From positions 6,436,197-6,472,463 of the forward strand of contig NC_057754.1 in the NCBI RefSeq assembly GCF_004010195.1: 36,267 nucleotides of DNA, read 5' to 3'. This document shows, piece after piece, positions 11,472 to 23,498 of the stretch (the stretch's first letter is position 1; each line of letters starts with the position of its first letter). Under the pieces are notes generated by a model. It was not told the DNA's origin. It did not search any database and saw only the letters and a list, made by a program, of their open reading frames with translations. The DNA is from Chiloscyllium plagiosum (Eukaryota). The translations under genes were made by a program, and so were the position numbers.

Positions 11472-11474
11472 CTA
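11407..11474 (-). promoter_or_regulatory. gag-pol UAG read-through signal with candidate pseudoknot
   Basis: TAG GGA AGT CAG GGG continues in frame to the protease (GSQGRIGTRAYQEPLVNLRVGPF..DTGA). Pairings CAGGGG/CCCCTG and GGGCCTACC/GGTGGGCCC. Confidence 0.75.
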
Positions 11475-13726
11475 ATCCATTTGTTCACGCTCCATTTCAT
11501 ACAGCCCTTCTCTTTCCCTTTTAAACTCGGGACAATCCCTTTTGAAGTGTCCCAGTTTCCCGCAATGGTAACATCCAGCCATTGGAGGCCGCTCAAATCC
11601 ATAAAATCCTCCTCTCTCACTTCTGCCCCGTCTCGCTTCTCTCCCTCTCCAACTTTTCTTCGACATTCCTCTTTCCACCCCATAACCTCCCTCCCCNNNN
11701 NNNNNNNNNNNNNNNNNNNNNNNNNNNNNNNNNNNNNNNNNNNNNNNNNNNNNNNNNNNNNNNNNNNNNNNNNNNNNNNNNNNNNNNNNNNNNNNNNNNN
11801 NNNNNNNNNNNNNNNNNNNNNNNNNNNNNNNNNNNNNNNNNNNNNNNNNNNNNNNNNNNNNNNNNNNNNNNNNNNNNNNNNNNNNNNNNNNNNNNNNNNN
11901 NNNNNNNNNNNNNNNNNNNNNNNNNNNNNNNNNNNNNNNNNNNNNNNNNNNNNNNNNNNNNNNNNNNNNNNNNNNNNNNNNNNNNNNNNNNNNNNNNNNN
12001 NNNNNNNNNNNNNNNNNNNNNNNNNNNNNNNNNNNNNNNNNNNNNNNNNNNNNNNNNNNNNNNNNNNNNNNNNNNNNNNNNNNNNNNNNNNNNNNNNNNN
12101 NNNNNNNNNNNNNNNNNNNNNNNNNNNNNNNNNNNNNNNNNNNNNNNNNNNNNNNNNNNNNNNNNNNNNNNNNNNNNNNNNNNNNNNNNNNNNNNNNNNN
12201 NNNNNNNNNNNNNNNNNNNNNNNNNNNNNNNNNNNNNNNNNNNNNNNNNNNNNNNNNNNNNNNNNNNNNNNNNNNNNNNNNNNNNNNNNNNNNNNNNNNN
12301 NNNNNNNNNNNNNNNNNNNNNNNNNNNNNNNNNNNNNNNNNNNNNNNNNNNNNNNNNNNNNNNNNNNNNNNNNNNNNNNNNNNNNNNNNNNNNNNNNNNN
12401 NNNNNNNNNNNNNNNNNNNNNNNNNNNNNNNNNNNNNNNNNNNNNNNNNNNNNNNNNNNNNNNNNNNNNNNNNNNNNNNNNNNNNNNNNNNNNNNNNNNN
12501 NNNNNNNNNNNNNNNNNNNNNNNNNNNNNNNNNNNNNNNNNNNNNNNNNNNNNNNNNNNNNNNNNNNNNNNNNNNNNNNNNNNNNNNNNNNNNNNNNNNN
12601 NNNNNNNNNNNNNNNNNNNNNNNNNNNNNNNNNNNNNNNNNNNNNNNNNNNNNNNNNNNNNNNNNNNNNNNNNNNNNNNNNNNNNTCCCCCTGTTTATAA
12701 GGCTTCTGAGATCTGTCATATTGGCCCGTCCCCCCGCGTCGTTATGATCCCACCGGGGGTCCTCTAAGGGGTACTTCTGCTCTCCACGCTGAGGGCCGTC
12801 CTGATGCTCGCTATCCCAAATGGCCATTGCACTATTCCGGTTCATAACAATTTCATCGTAATTAAATAGTATTCTCATCATGGCCTGCAGTTCAGCCCAT
12901 GTGTATATACTGGGCACCAGAAATTGGTCCAGTTGTATTCCCACACTGACGGGGTCGTCCAGTAGACGGGGTAGTTCGTTACGGAGTTTCTGGATATGCC
13001 CAGAATTTAAAGGTTGTACTACGAACCCGGTCAGTCCGTTCCCAAACGGCACCTCTCGTAAGGGGTTCAGCTGTTCAATATTGTCACTCCTCCCAGCTCT
13101 CAATTCCTCTTCTCGGCCTTTCCGCATCTCGAGTCGGACTGATTTCCTAGTGCCTGGGGTGGGTTCTGCTCCCCCTCCTGTGGCCCCCCAGCCGTCCCTT
13201 CCTCACTGGTCGTAGCCTGCTGTGAATCGGATTTATCTGTCGCAGGAGGGAGGTCCGCACTGGACGCCTGGTCGTGCGCGGGTGGTATATACGGGGGCGG
13301 GACAGACGGTGGCAAACCGTCGGTGAGGATGTCCCAAGACTTCTGGGGCTTCCTCGGGTCTGTTTGGGGAATCAGAGGATAAAGACGCGTGGGACCCTCG
13401 CCGTCGCCCGCCAACCAGGCGGCGGCGTATTTGCTCTCTTCTGGGTCAAACGGTTGTTTTCTGTTAACATATACATTTAGGATTTGACACACCCAGTCTT
13501 CATCAGACCCATACTCGGGCCAATCTACCGAGGGGGCGCGGATAGGTTCTTTGGTCCATATAAAACAACAATATTTTATCATGGTCTCTTTCTTTAAGTC
13601 CTTCGTTCTACTACTGTCCGTCCATAGACTTAACCTCCGACCTAGTGGACTATCGGTGGGTATTTCTTTCCCATTTGCAGTCTTCCCTGACTTCTCCTTA
13701 GTCAATCTAGAAGTCTGATTTCCCAT
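11472..13726 (-). pseudogene. gag: gag, with one visible frameshift near 13100-13150 and a 990-N gap in CA
   Basis: MGNQTS myristoylation start, PPPY late domain, CA start PLREVP, one visible zinc knuckle CYHCGKLGHFKRDC, TAG at 11472-11474. Confidence 0.95.
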
Positions 13727-13730
13727 GGTC

Positions 13731-13862
13731 TATCTTCGGTCCTGGTCTTAAACGTCTAAAACGTTTTCACAGATGACCGTCAAAACCACAATTTCCCGTG
13801 GTTTATCTTCGGTCCTGGTCTTAAACGCCCAAGGCGTTTTCACAGATGACCGTCAAAACCAC
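13731..13862. repeat. Direct repeat of about 59 bp (period 73) in the ERV leader
   Basis: TATCTTCGGTCCTGGTCTTAAACG...CGTTTTCACAGATGACCGTCAAAACCAC at 13731 and 13804. Confidence 0.9.
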
Positions 13863-13891
13863 GCGGCCAACAAGGAAGAACAAAAGAAACT

Positions 13892-13901
13892 CTCTTACCT
13901 T
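13892..13901 (-). promoter_or_regulatory. Putative major splice donor of the ERV
   Basis: AAG|GTAAGAG on the minus strand between the PBS and the gag ATG. Confidence 0.6.
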
Positions 13902-14169
13902 GATCCGTGCACGGAGTTGTCTGGCCTTTTTAAATGTGTGTACCCCCGTGTATAGTCACTAACTGGTCGTCCCAGCACTCGTCCGTGTGTTCCTTTTTCC
14001 AGGATTCAAAATTATTTTTAAATGAGCCGGGTCACATCCTCTCTTGGCCGACGGCCGACGGACCAAGCTGATCAGTGAGAAGTATAAATATATACTATAC
14101 GCGTCTTTGTTGTGATCAGGCTTGATCAGTGAACCGAAGAGACTTCTCCCCCCCGGCAATAATTATTTA

Positions 14170-14187
14170 ATCCCGGAGGAGCCCCCA
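14170..14187 (-). other. Primer binding site, tRNA-Pro
   Basis: TGGGGGCTCCTCCGGGAT matches the canonical Pro PBS TGGGGGCTCGTCCGGGAT at 17/18 positions, 2 nt after the LTR-terminal CA. Confidence 0.93.
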
Positions 14188-14189
14188 AT

Positions 14190-14689
14190 TGTGCGAGATA
14201 TGCGGCTGTCCGGCCCCATCTCCGGCACTTTTATTTCCCTTCCCAGGAACAAAGACATGGAGGAGTCTGTCAAAAACTTTTTCATTCAACTTTGCAAAGT
14301 CGGGTGTTGTTCCCGTGGGTACACACACAAGCATAGTAATCTCCACGCATTATATACGTGTATATGTGGGCTGGGTCTCCTACTGCTGTCTTGACCAATG
14401 AGTGCTAGGGTTCCCCACTGTTTTCCTTATTTGGGTTCTGGTGCCTGCGATTATTTTGTTATTCACTTGGCCAATCAGTGTTCGAGCTCCCCATTCTTTC
14501 CTTATATGGATGATGTTGTACAACTGTGGTTAAGGGCGGTCCCTCAACTATCGAGGAAAGTTGTTACAATTGTTTCATTCATTAAAAACATGGGGGAGGT
14601 CCGGCAACAGTTTCGAGTGTCTGCTTGTGTTTACAGGTAGAAAAGACTAAAATGCAGCTAACCGTTTAAAAATTACACTAACCCCTACA
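14190..14689 (-). repeat. 5' LTR, 500 bp
   Basis: TGT...ACA termini, TATATAA at 14356-14350 and AATAAA at 14235-14230. Confidence 0.93.
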
Positions 14690-17600
14690 ATATTCGTAAA
14701 AAAGTCAAGGGGGATATATTCCATGACTATCCTGGGCCAAATTGAAAGTCCTCGGGAACCTTCGGATATCCAATTCACTAAAATGTTTTTTTTCCCGGTC
14801 AAAAGGCAAGGATAATGAATAATTTCCTCCCGCATACATCCAAACAAGGGAAATGTGGGGAGCCCAAAAGTAGAGGCACTGGGTCCCACCCAATCTCTGT
14901 ACCCAAAATCATTGCCAAGGCATTCACTACTCTGTACAAATACATGCGTATCTTACGGCATGTCCACAGACAATGCGTGAGAGTACTAACTTCTATGTTG
15001 CATGTAGGCCACATTGGAGATGCTCCTGCCTTGAACTTTGCAAGTCGCCCAGGTGCCATTTGAGCCCAATGAAGTATCTTGAATTGGATTCTGTTACAGA
15101 TAGACATCTTCCTGGCGTTTTTCCAGACGTCCTCTCACATCTCCAAGGAGATTACCATCCACAATACTTGACTCTATGTTTTATATAACCGTTCCTTGTC
15201 CTTTGATACCTTATTAAATAGTTTGTGGTAGAGAGTACTTACCGCGAGCGGACCCATCGGCCGAAGCACTCTCCTTTCCCTATCTGATTTATATGGATTA
15301 ATTATCAGTACGGTCTTCTTTTGTATAAAGTATCGTATTTGAAAATATTGAAAAATATATTTACTAGACAGCCCAAATTTCTGACGTAGCTGTTTGAAGG
15401 ACATCATGACCTCCCCATTGAACAGGCCTCTCAAACAGAAGATACCTTTGCACTCCCAGGTTCTGAATACGCATCAGTCAGCCCTGGCTGGAATCCCAAC
15501 GTTCCCACTATATGGGTATGGTGGAGGATTTTTGTAGGTTGCCCTCAACCTGTCGCATTATCCTCCAGGCTTTGATTATATTTAATAAAGTAGGATTTTT
15601 ACAATGATCGTAACAACTGTCATCTTGTCCATAAATAGTAGATTGATGAGGGATATTTTGCTTGGGAGGCCTCATATCTAACCAGATTGTTTGTGGGTCA
15701 CAAGAGACCCAATCAGCTACGTAGGACAATAGAGAGCTCAATTGGTACCTCCTGAAATCCGGAAAATCCAACCCACCCCTTACTTGTGGAAGCTGCAGCT
15801 TTTCTAATTTAATAAGGGGCCGTCTCTGACTCCAAATAAAGTAGCCGAGCCAACCATAAAGGTTACGCAGCGCCTGTTTCGGCAGCATCAAGGGGAGCAT
15901 TCTCACAGCGTATAACAGGTGAGGTAGGATATTCATGTTGACCAAAGCTATTCTATCTCGCCCGGATATCGGGAGATCTTCCCAGAGTTGAAGGTCCTAT
16001 CTTATTTTCTCCAATAAATGTGTATAATTGGCTTTATATAGCTTCTCCTTTCCCTATCTGATTTATATGGATTAATTATCAGTATGGTCTTCTTTTGTAT
16101 AAAGTCTCGTATTTGAAAATATTGAAAAATATATTTACTAGACAGCCCAAATTTCTGACGTAGCTGTTTGAAGGACATCATGACCTCCCCATTGAACAGG
16201 TCTCCCAAACAGAAGATACCTTTGCACTCCCAGGTTCTGAATACGCATCAGTCAGCCCTGGCTGGAATCCCAACGTTCCCACTATATGGGTATGGGGGAG
16301 GATTTTTGTAGGTTGCCCTCAACCTGTCGCATTATCCTCCAGGCTTTGATTATATTTAATAAAGTAGGATTTTTACAATGATCGTAACAACTGTCATCTT
16401 GTCCATAAATAGTAGATTGATGAGGGGATATTTTGCTTGGGAGGCCTCATATCTAACCAGATTGTTTGTGGGTCACAAGAGACCCAATCAGCTACGTAGG
16501 ACAATAGAGAGCTCAATTGGTACCTCCTGAAATCCGGAAAATCCAACCCACCCCTTACTTGTGGAAGCTGCAGCTTTTCTAATTTAATAAGGGGCCGTCT
16601 CTGACTCCAAATAAAGTAGCCGAGCCAACCATAAAGGTTACGCAGCGCCTGTTTCGGCAGCATCAAGGGGAGCATTCTCACAGCGTATAACAGGTGAGGT
16701 AGGATATTCATGTTGACCAAAGCTATTCTATCTCGCCCGGATATCGGGAGATCTTCCCAGAGTTGAAGGTTCTATCTTATTTTCTCCAATAAATGTGTAT
16801 AATTGGCTTTATATAGCTGACCAAATGCCGGAGTATTAAAAATACCTAAGTAAACAAAACATCCCAGTGACCACCGAAAGGGGAAACGAGATCCATCCTT
16901 AAAATTGGATATACTGGCAAGACCTCCCAGCGGCATGGCCTCCGATTTCATAAAATTAATTTTATAACCTGAGAACATACCAAATAAGTTAACCACTTGA
17001 ATTAAGAGGGGCACAGATGTCAATGGATCATTTAAGAAAAGGAGGTCATCATCTGCATACAGAATAATTTTGTGCTTGCCCGATCCAAACTCCAGAGTCA
17101 TTATATTAGTGTCTGCTCATGTAGCTTCCATGAACAACTCAATCACTGGTGTAAATAATAATGGTGAGAGAGGGCATTCCTGACGACAACGTCTCCTAAC
17201 GCTAACGCTATCCGAACTTAAACCACTGCTTTGGGATCATTAATTAATACTGTTACCCATTTAGTAAAGACCTCTCCAACACGAAACCGTTTCAGTGCAT
17301 AAAAGTGATATGGCCATTCTACCCGATTGAATGCCTTATCTGCTTCTAGGGAGATAACCAATCCCGGTATCTGGCTTATAGCATATTTAAGACTCTTCTA
17401 ATGTCATTAGTTGATCTGCGACTCTGCATAAACTCCGTCTAGTCCTCTTTTATAACGAATAGTAAAACCGTCTCCAGTCTTAATGCCAACATTTTTGTGA
17501 GAACTTTAAAATCCACATTCAACAAGGACATAGGTCTATATGAAGAGCAGTCATCTGGGGCCTTTCCCTTCTTAAGAATGAGTGAAATATTTGCTTCTCT

Positions 17601-18976
17601 CAGAGAAGGCGAGAGGCATCCCTGACTATGTGAGCAATTATACATATTTATAAGTGGCCTGGCCAATTCCCCAATACATTATTTGTAGAACTCAGCCTGG
17701 AATCCATCTGGTCCGGGCGCTTTGCCACCCTAGAGCTACCTTACCTCGTCATGTACTTCCTGGGTTGCCGGGGGCGGCATTCAAGAACAACACCTGCTCC
17801 AAGGTTAGGCCCGGGAGGGCAGATTTTTTTTAAAAAAAGACTCTATCTTCCTCGTTCTATCCTCACAGCCCTTTGACCTACACAATTTGAAACAGAACTT
17901 TGTAAAGGCTGCATTGCTCATTTCACGATCACAAGTCAGGCTACCAGCGCTCTTTCTAATAGAGGTAATGGCTTATGGAGCCTTTTTTCTTTCTGGCAAA
18001 ATATGCTAGATACCTGCCAAGCTTGTCACCGTATTCAAATAATCTCTGCTTCGCAAAAAAAATCTCCCTCTTTGCTATTTGAGTAAATGTGGGATTCAAA
18101 GTTGCCCTAAGAACTGTGATCCGCTGTAGTTTAGTAATGGAGGGTCTATCCACATACGCTGTCTCAGCCGCCTTCAGGCGAGCCTCGAGCAGACACTGAT
18201 GTTCTCCCTTTTGTCTTTTCCGTGGCACAGAATATGAGATAACCAAGCCCCGCACGTATGCCTTACCATTCTCCCACATGACTGAAGGGTTACTGGCCGT
18301 GCCTGAGTTGATATCCCAGAAGGTTTTAAATTGCTGCGAGAAATATTTAATGAACTTACTATCCTTCAATAGAAAAGGGTCCATACGCCAATGTCGGGAA
18401 GCTATCTCGTCATCACTAGTGTTAACCTCCATATATACTGTGGCATGTTTGGAAATAGTTATATTACCTACTTTACAAAACAATATTGAGTTCAAAAGGG
18501 TCGAGGGGATAGAAACATATCGCTTCATGTGTGGTACATGTGTGGGTTAGAATAAAAAGTAAAGTCTCTACCCTNNNNNNNNNNNNNNNNNNNNNNNNNN
18601 NNNNNNNNNNNNNNNNNNNNNNNNNNNNNNNNNNNNNNNNNNNNNNNNNNNNNNNNNNNNNNNNNNNNNNNNNNNNNNNNNNNNTAATATATATCATCCA
18701 GACTCTTCTTTTATCTGGCTTAGCATTTGGAAGGGAAGATTCTTCCCAGTAAGATTGGCAACTCCCCAACTTGTTGAACTGAATGATGAAAAGAACACAA
18801 CGCCAAATCCAACCTGTTGCCGCTTCGAATGCTCCTTATCAAGTAGATGTGTTTCCTGTAGAAGGGCTACATCCACCCTTTCTTTTATTAAGACTTATTA
18901 ATATAATTTTCCTTTTGATTGGTGAGTGGCTCCCCTTGACATTCCAGGTGCACCACCTAAACGAATGACTAGCCAT
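14690..18976 (-). pseudogene. L1 ORF2 (APE endonuclease, RT, C-terminal Cys-rich region)
   Basis: TWNVKG, LLQETHL, PGPDGF, YRPMSLLNVDFK, PLSPLLF, LYADD, YLGI, GGLDFPD, C..THCLWTC. Many disruptions. Confidence 0.92.
15270..16818. repeat. Tandem duplication of about 775 bp (15270-16043 and 16044-16818)
   Basis: Two near-identical head-to-tail copies, reflected in duplicated ORFs 15508-15945 and 16394-16720. About 7 differences seen. Confidence 0.95.
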
Positions 18977-19559
18977 GATAGTCCAAGCAAGTCCGAGAAC
19001 CCCCAGGAGGGAGATCCCCACCCAAAGACATTGGATAAAAACCAAAAATGATACACACATAAAACACTCTTTAAGACAGCTAAATCAAAATAAATAAGAG
19101 CCACTCCTAAAAACAAATAAAATAAAACATATTTAAAAGGAGACTTTCCCCTTTGTTCACAAGGGGCACTACTACCTTCTAATAATCTCACCACAACATC
19201 TCCCAGCCAGAGGCATGCCCTCGGCCCAGGCATTAAAAAGTAGAGTAAATAACTTCCAACATCTTATAAGACAGAAGTTAAATGTGGGCGACCCCCCACA
19301 CGAACACCTCGATACACTTAGCAAAACAACACAAGATGAAAATAAATAAAATTACAATCCCAGCAAGTAATAATCAAACAATTTTTTAAAAACACTCAGA
19401 AACGTCCCCCAATAATCAAATAAACTGCACGAGCTATAGATAAGAGTCCATAGAAAGGATAAGGAATTAGCACTCCCCCTCCCCCACCGCCATGGAAAGA
19501 TACAGAAGAGAAAAAAGGAAGAAAAGAGGAGAAAACAAAAGAAGAAAAGGGGCAAAATA

Positions 19560-20383
19560 AAGTCATTATCCATATCGTTCAAATCCTGCAGTCTATTTAA
19601 GAGCATCCAGGAATTCTTTTACTTTTTTCCCGGTGTCTGAAATCATCTACAGATCCTCCATGACTGCAGCACAGCGTTGCCGGCTATCGCATAAAATATT
19701 GAATATTTAAATCCCAAAGACGCTTCTTCGCCTCATCAAATGCCTTCCTCTTGCGGACCACACGCAGAGAACAACATTATCCTGGAGCCCCTGTACATCT
19801 TGGCATGGGGATCCTTCTCCAACACTCTGGTGGACTCCAGCAACATCGGTTTTTCCCTCTTATATTGAAGTTGAACTCTCACCTGGCAGGGGCGCTGGTC
19901 CGACCCGAGCCGGCGCACAGCAACCTGATGGGCCCGCTCAACCGGCACCCAGCCCAGCTCCGACTCCAGTTTCAGCAGCTGTGGGAGCCTTTGCTCCAGG
20001 AAATCAACAAGCTGCCCTTCCTCCTCCCGTTCGGGAAGGCCCAGCAACCGAATATTTTTCCAATGACCTCGATTTTCGAGGTCATCAATATGTTCATCTA
20101 AGGTCGGGACTCGATGTTCCTGAGCCCAGACCTGAGCCATGGATGACTCAGCAGTGGTTTTGGAGGCTGAGGCCCGTTGCCCCGCCCTACCCTGCCCGAG
20201 TTTCTCGATCTCTCCATCATGTTTCTCCATCATGACCCCCACCTGGGAGTCAATGGACTCATCAATCTTCTCTCAGAGTTGTAGAAACTCCCTGCAGGTA
20301 ACGCCCCTTTCTCTGTTGCTAAGGGGTAGTGGGGGAGAAGTCCCTGGCTGTTATGAACTGCGAGAGCCTTTACCTCTGGTCAT
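19560..20383 (-). pseudogene. L1 ORF1 (coiled-coil/RRM type); 3' boundary approximate
   Basis: DDLENRGHWKNIRLLGLPERE and ERAHQV..RP motifs. Likely ATG at 20383. Confidence 0.85.
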
Positions 20384-20552
20384 TTTAAAAAGCATCAGAC
20401 TGTATAAAGTTTGATGTGGAATGGCCAAGGATGCTGGCCAAAAACTTTTAGCAATTTAGCAGGTGAGGTGAGGGTGGGTATCTCACTTTGCCTGAGTCTT
20501 GGGCAGAGCTCTGCAGATTCAGACCTACTGGGTCGCCGCTATCTTGGATCTC

Positions 20553-21330
20553 GCTAACACCCTGTTTAAAAGGGGAATAAGGCAAAAGACAGAAAATTGC
20601 AAACTTATTAGCCTAACCTCAGTCGTGGGTAAGTTCCTGCAATCCATTACGAAGGATGAGATTTCTGAATAGCTGCCAGTGCATGGTAAAGTAGGGCGAA
20701 GTCAGTATGGTTTCATCAAGGGGAGGTCATGCTAATGAATCTGTTAGAACGCTTTGAGGATGTAACAAGCAGGTTAGACCAAGGAGAGCTAATGGATACT
20801 ATGTGTCTGGACTTCAAGAAGGACAGTGACAAGGTGCCGCACGGAGGCTGCTGAGTAAGACAAGGGCACATGGTGTCAGAGACAAGGTACTAGTGTGTAG
20901 AGAAGCTTGACTGTCTGTCAGAAGGTAACGAGTGAGAATAAAAGGGTCCTTCTCAGGATAGCATCCAATGACAACTGGTGTTCTGCAAGGGAACCACAAC
21001 TTTATACTTTGTACATTATCAATCCAAATGAAGGAACTGAGGGCAATTCAGCGAGATGTTTAGACTTTTCAAAGGTAGATAGAGGGACAGGTATCATTGA
21101 GATGGCAGGGAGGCTGCAGAAGGATTTAGACAGGGTAGGAGAGTGGGCAAAGACGTGGCAGATGGAGTACACTTGGGAAAGTGCGAGGTGATACACTTTA
21201 GTCGGAAGTAGAGAGGCAGGGACTATTTTATAACTAGGGAGAAAATTCAGAAGTCTGAAGTGCAGAGTGTTGCGAGTTCCAATCAGGATGGTCACAATGT
21301 AAATGTGTATGTTGTGTCAGTAGCTAGGTA
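20553..21330 (+). mobile_element. CR1 LINE RT fragment, degraded
   Basis: TPLFKRG..ISLTSVVGK, QSQYGFIKGRSC, LDF..DKVPH and RLQKDLDRVGEWAKTWQMEY remnants. Confidence 0.88.
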
Positions 21331-22829
21331 AGTGCTGTATCTGCCACACAGTGTGTTTGAAATCGTATATTCAGCAAAAGAACTGAGTCAACTCTTATGA
21401 ACAATGATATTTGTTTATTGAACACAATTAATATTAGAACAATAAAACATATGTAATACAAAACACTACAATATATCTTATGGTTTAACTTAGGTAGGTT
21501 TATGGACAGGGCTTTAAACTGACAGAAAGGATGCAGGTACAGGGTTCATGTGAAAGGAGCTTTCCAAATACAAAGAAAAAATATGAAGCATCAGAACAGC
21601 ATGGGAATGTGGCTGAAGACATAAGGAAAGGAAAAGGATGGGACAGAGTTTAACTAAAGCTGTACATCTGTGAATAGGTTTGTGACAGGAAATTGTGGGA
21701 AAGAATAAATTATGTTTTTTTTTTAAGAATGGACAAAGTTTCTACCTTTTTGTAAAATCCTTTGGGATTCTCCTTAACCCTATTTGCCAAAGCAACCTCT
21801 GTCTGTTTTTCGCTCTTAAGTATACTCCTACTACCTTCATACTCATCTCAGGATTCACTGGATTTCTCCTATACCTACTTGACATATGCCTCATTCTTTT
21901 TCTTAACTAGAACATCAATTTGTCTAGTCATCCAAAATTCCCTGGACCGACAAGCTGTTCTTTCATGCCAGCAGGAATACTGTATACTGTCTCTGGACTC
22001 TCGTTAACTCATTTTTGAAGGCTTCCCATTTTGCAATGATAAAGGTTTCATTTTCTCAAAATCAAAACTCCCCAATTGCTGCATCTCGTGAAACTGCCGC
22101 TGAAATATAATGAAAAACAATCAGGATCATTCCAATCGATGGCTTTGTTGAGGAGAGCTCTGCTCAATCATGTAGATCTGGAGGTCACATGAGTAGCATC
22201 AGGTCAGTGTCAGACACACAAACAGAAAGGGTAAATAGATTCACATCAGAACTCACATTTACCAACCTCGGAACCTGAAGCTGTGTTCAGCCATTCTGAT
22301 AAACATCTACAAAATTATGTCATGAAGATTGGACAGTGGTCCAATCAAAAATAAAATCCGTCATTCAAACTCGAACATGCTTCAGGTTCCACAACCCATT
22401 CTAACTTGGTCCCATCCTGCAGGTTTTATGAATCTCATTCCCTCTAACCACCTAAATGACCCATATCCCTTCCTACATTAGTACCATCCTCCAGGTACTA
22501 CATCCCTTCCTAAATCTGCAACATGGCTCGGACTCTACGACTCTTCCTTCCTCTGCAAGGTTCCCTAGATGGGCATTGGATGGTGTTGGGGGTTACAGAC
22601 ATAGAGAGGGATATCAGGACGGGAGGGTAATGCAGACATTAGGAATATTTCAGTGGCAAAAAGGAGGCTTCGGAATTTTGAGGGTTGATGCTCATAAAGG
22701 AGGTTACAGAGCCAAGGAGGATTGTAGGGACGTGAAGAGGTTTCACAGTTTAGAAGCGCTGTAGGGACTAGATGAAGTTATCAAGATTGGGAGTGTTAAA
22801 GATTGCAGGATTTCACAGAAAACCTTTAC

Positions 22830-23498
22830 AAGGTTAAAAACAGGATTATTGGCAGTGTGGAGGAACAGCGGGATCTTGGGGTTCATGTCCATAGATCCCT
22901 CAGAGTTGTCAACCAAATTGATAGGGTTGTTGAGAAGGTGTATGGTGTGTTGGCTTTCTTTAAGAGTTTAAGAGCCACAAGGTTGTGCTGCAGCTCTATA
23001 GACCCCTGGGTAGACAACACTTGAAATATCATGTTCAGTTCAGGTAGCCTTATTATTAGAAAGATGTGGAAGCTTCAGAGAGGGTACAGAGGCGACTTAT
23101 CAGCATGCTGCCTGGACCGGAGGCCATGTCTTATGAAGAAAGGCTGAGGGAGGTAGGGCTTTTCTCATTGAGGATGAAAAATAACTTGATAGAGATGTAC
23201 GAGACGATGAGAGTCTGAGATAGAGTGGACAGCCAGAGAATTATTTAAATGTGATTAGAGGAAGATTCAGGGGAGTTGTCAGAGGAAGGTTCGTTACACA
23301 AAGAGTGGTGGGTGCATGGAATGCACTGCCAACGGTGGTAGTAGAGTCAGTGACACGAGGGATATTTAAGTAATTCTTCGATAGGCACATGGATGATAGT
23401 AAAATATCATAGTTTGATCTCAGACTAGGATAAAAGGTCGGCGCATCATCGAGGACCGAAGTGTTTGCACTGTGCTCTACTGTTCTGTGTTCTATATT
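22830..23498 (+). mobile_element. CR1/HER1 LINE 3' fragment
   Basis: EEQRDLGVHVHRSL and FVTQRVVGAWNALP remnants, with a TGTTCT-type tail. Confidence 0.85.

Larger units (their letters stand above)
5814..14689 (-). mobile_element. Class I (gamma-like, HERV-I/IP-like) endogenous retrovirus, near full length, defective
   Basis: LTR-PBS-gag-pro-pol-env-PPT-LTR order with matching LTR ends. Multiple stops and frameshifts. Confidence 0.97.
14690..20552 (-). mobile_element. L1-clade LINE, 5'-complete, decayed, 3' end interrupted by the ERV
   Basis: 5' end GAGATCCAAGATAGCGGCG (YY1-like), followed by ORF1, a T-rich spacer and ORF2. Confidence 0.92.

Noticed and set aside
13959..14394. Small ORFs in the ERV leader and LTR as epsilonretrovirus-like accessory genes
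   Set aside because: Short, non-ATG starts or antisense, with no cyclin or other recognisable motifs.
19736..20242. Domesticated L1TD1-like gene
   Set aside because: Sits in the normal ORF1 position of a decayed L1 and has stops and frameshifts.
21645..21697. Dispersed identity with 27620-27672 as a segmental duplication
   Set aside because: Better explained as two old copies of the same CR1 inter-ORF region.
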